A stretch of 64,000 nucleotides of DNA from positions 124,001 to 188,000 of the forward strand of contig JALDZX010000004.1 in the NCBI GenBank assembly GCA_022813865.1. The letters run 5' to 3'. The notes beneath the pieces were generated by a model that made no database searches, was not told the origin of the DNA, and saw only the letters and a list, made by a program, of their open reading frames with translations. A program made the position numbers and the translations under genes. Positions 62,134-64,000 of the stretch are shown here, one piece after another (position 1 is the stretch's first letter; every line of letters starts with the position of its first letter). This stretch comes from Xylographa opegraphella (lineage: Eukaryota).

Positions 62134-63474
62134 TCACCGGATTCGAATCGCAGACACGTCCACATTCCCCTGCCCGCCCCACCACACCCGGAACTCCATC
62201 ACGTTCCCCGGGTTCGAGACCGTGAACGCGACCGAGAAGCGGCCCCACTGGTTCCCGCCCGCGAACTGGCCGCCGCTCACGACATTGGTGCCCAGCACCT
62301 GCGAGGCGTCGTAGTCGTGCACGTCCAGCGTGACGGACAAGCCGGCGGGCGAGGGCGCGCGCAGGAAGAAGTCCGCGACGTAGGAGCCCGTGCCGACGCT
62401 CGTGTACGGGCCGTACACCATGTAGCCCGGCGGGGACAGGCCCGCGACGGCGGAGAGGACGTGGTAGGGCCGGTAGAAGAAGCCCGACGGCGTGGACAGG
62501 GGAGGCAGGCCGGCTTCGAAGCAGATCCTGGCGTGGGCGCAGAGCGCGAGCACGGAGATGCTGGTCGTCTCCGTGTTGATGAGCGTGGACGCGTCCAGGC
62601 GGCCCGTCAGCCAGCCGATGTCCACACCGTTCTCCTGCTGCTGCTGCTCCGAGAGGATGGTCGAGCGCAAGGCGATCGAGTGCTGGAACAGCGTTGCCTG
62701 CTCGGCGCCGGACACGCCCGCGTCGAGGAGAAAGTCCGTCAGGATCTTCCACAGACCGAGGTAATATTCGGCCGAGAGGCCGCCGTACGTGTATTGCTGG
62801 CTGTTCGAGTCGTACCCCGCGGCCGCCTGGCCCAGAATCCCTTTCCACTCGTCGTAGGCGGAGCCGGGGTCGCCGATGGCGAGATAGTACATGCCCGTGA
62901 GCGCATCTTGGTCAGGCGCGGACCCTTGCTGCTGGGGCCAGCCTGCGGCGTTGAAAGCTAGGATCTGCCATCTCGTACTCGCTGCGAAGAGGCCGCCTGG
63001 CTCGGGTGCGCCGTAGGCTGCGGACATGTAGCGGGCGAGCCAATTGTCGTCGAACCAGAACTGGGAGAAGGGCTGCCCACGCGTGGTGCCGCCGACGCCT
63101 TGGCCGTTGTGCTCTTCAAAGGAGACGCCGGAGACGGTCGTGGACTCGTAGGGCAGATTGAAAAGCACGTTGCCGTTCGGATCCGCGCACGTGGCCGGGT
63201 TGTCGCCGTTGGCGTAGGCCACGAGTTGGTTCAGCTCGCTCTGAGGGACGTTGTAGTACCCGTAGATATTCTCGAGCCCGGTATACTGCCGCCACGTGCC
63301 TTGGTCGCCATAGAGGTAGGATACGGCACTGAGACCTTGCGGCTGGTGGAAGCCGTAGCCATTATACTGGATAGGTGAGGCGAAGATCTGGCCTGGCGCA
63401 CCGGGCACAGGAGATACGGAGTTTTGCGCCGCCGCCAACACCGACAGCGACAGGAGAACACGAGAAACTTTCAT
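62134..63474 (-). CDS. Secreted uncharacterised protein (446 aa): putative helical glycosidase-like domain plus a C-terminal beta-sandwich module
   Basis: Signal peptide MKVSRVLLSLSVLAAAQ, strong GC3 codon bias, intronless, C-terminal GYMVYGPY..F.L..LDV..W.RF..F..MEFRVWW.G...VS.I. Confidence 0.85.
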   Translation of the reverse strand: MKVSRVLLSLSVLAAAQNSVSPVPGAPGQIFASPIQYNGYGFHQPQGLSAVSYLYGDQGTWRQYTGLENIYGYYNVPQSELNQLVAYANGDNPATCADPNGNVLFNLPYESTTVSGVSFEEHNGQGVGGTTRGQPFSQFWFDDNWLARYMSAAYGAPEPGGLFAASTRWQILAFNAAGWPQQQGSAPDQDALTGMYYLAIGDPGSAYDEWKGILGQAAAGYDSNSQQYTYGGLSAEYYLGLWKILTDFLLDAGVSGAEQATLFQHSIALRSTILSEQQQQENGVDIGWLTGRLDASTLINTETTSISVLALCAHARICFEAGLPPLSTPSGFFYRPYHVLSAVAGLSPPGYMVYGPYTSVGTGSYVADFFLRAPSPAGLSVTLDVHDYDASQVLGTNVVSGGQFAGGNQWGRFSVAFTVSNPGNVMEFRVWWGGQGNVDVSAIRIR

Positions 63475-64000
63475 GGCGCTATTATACAGAGAAGACACGG
63501 TTCCTCCCCTGAACAGGAATCGATTACATACTTTTGAAATTCCCTCGAAAATAGGATTGCTATATAGGCAGTTCTTGGGTGTTGAAAGCTTTTGCACTCC
63601 TAGAGTGGAGGCTGTCGGTGCCGCCGACCCACATTGTCGTCGTGACTGCGTCGTTTCCACAATCGACGTTACAACGCAGCAAGAACGCCTTGCCTACCTT
63701 GCTCCCATGCACACCGTAGGCTGGCCGGCTGCGCGCTGAAAGGGGAAGGTTGCGAGAACGGTAAAGAGTGATGATGGGGACTGATTGGCTCTCTTCACGA
63801 GCTCGCTTGGTTTTGCTGGATGAGGGCGAGCATGAGCGCAATTGCGACATCGACCTTTGCAGTGGTGTTGCTTGGCGCATGGTTCGGTACAGCATCGAGC
63901 CTTGTCTGCATCGAACTGCTCTCGTGGGCCGGTTGACGACGCTTTTCGAAGAAACGTGAGATGGGGAAGCTGTACTTTTGAAGATAGATGTCGGCACTAA

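Noticed and set aside
61927..62961. 344-aa plus-strand ORF (and 62120-62848 on the minus strand)
   Set aside because: Antisense or alternate-frame shadow of the GC-rich secreted-protein gene; it runs through a CT microsatellite.

Overview
Intron-containing genomic DNA from a filamentous ascomycete (Pezizomycotina). Introns are short (about 50-80 nt), mostly GT-AG, with CTRAY-type branch sites. About 19 protein-coding genes were reconstructed by hand. Most are conserved housekeeping genes: DCN1 (3' part only), an F-box/RCC1 SAF1-like gene, a PLAC8 gene, a mitochondrial hypothetical, an unsplit CAND1, PTC1, FZO1, VPS2, an alpha-arrestin, DPB11/TopBP1, NDE1, a GH127-like glycosidase, an F-box/LRR gene, an AmdX-type C2H2 transcription factor and a transglutaminase-like protease. 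Two accessory-looking elements stand out. The first is a co-oriented trio at 7.4-15.2 kb: a P450 lacking the I-helix Thr, an SDR, and a P-loop kinase/HAD/uracil-PRTase triple fusion, with no PKS/NRPS backbone gene. The second is an intronless, GC-rich secreted protein at 62.1-63.5 kb with a bacterial-looking C-terminal module. Other oddities are a single in-frame UAG splitting the arrestin N-terminus, a >1 kb open frame in the presumed DCN1 intron, a TT in place of GT at the VPS2 first donor, and recurrent C-rich-to-G-rich skew switches. I saw no tRNA, rRNA, CRISPR array or intact transposon. All family assignments come from motif recognition, not database searches.
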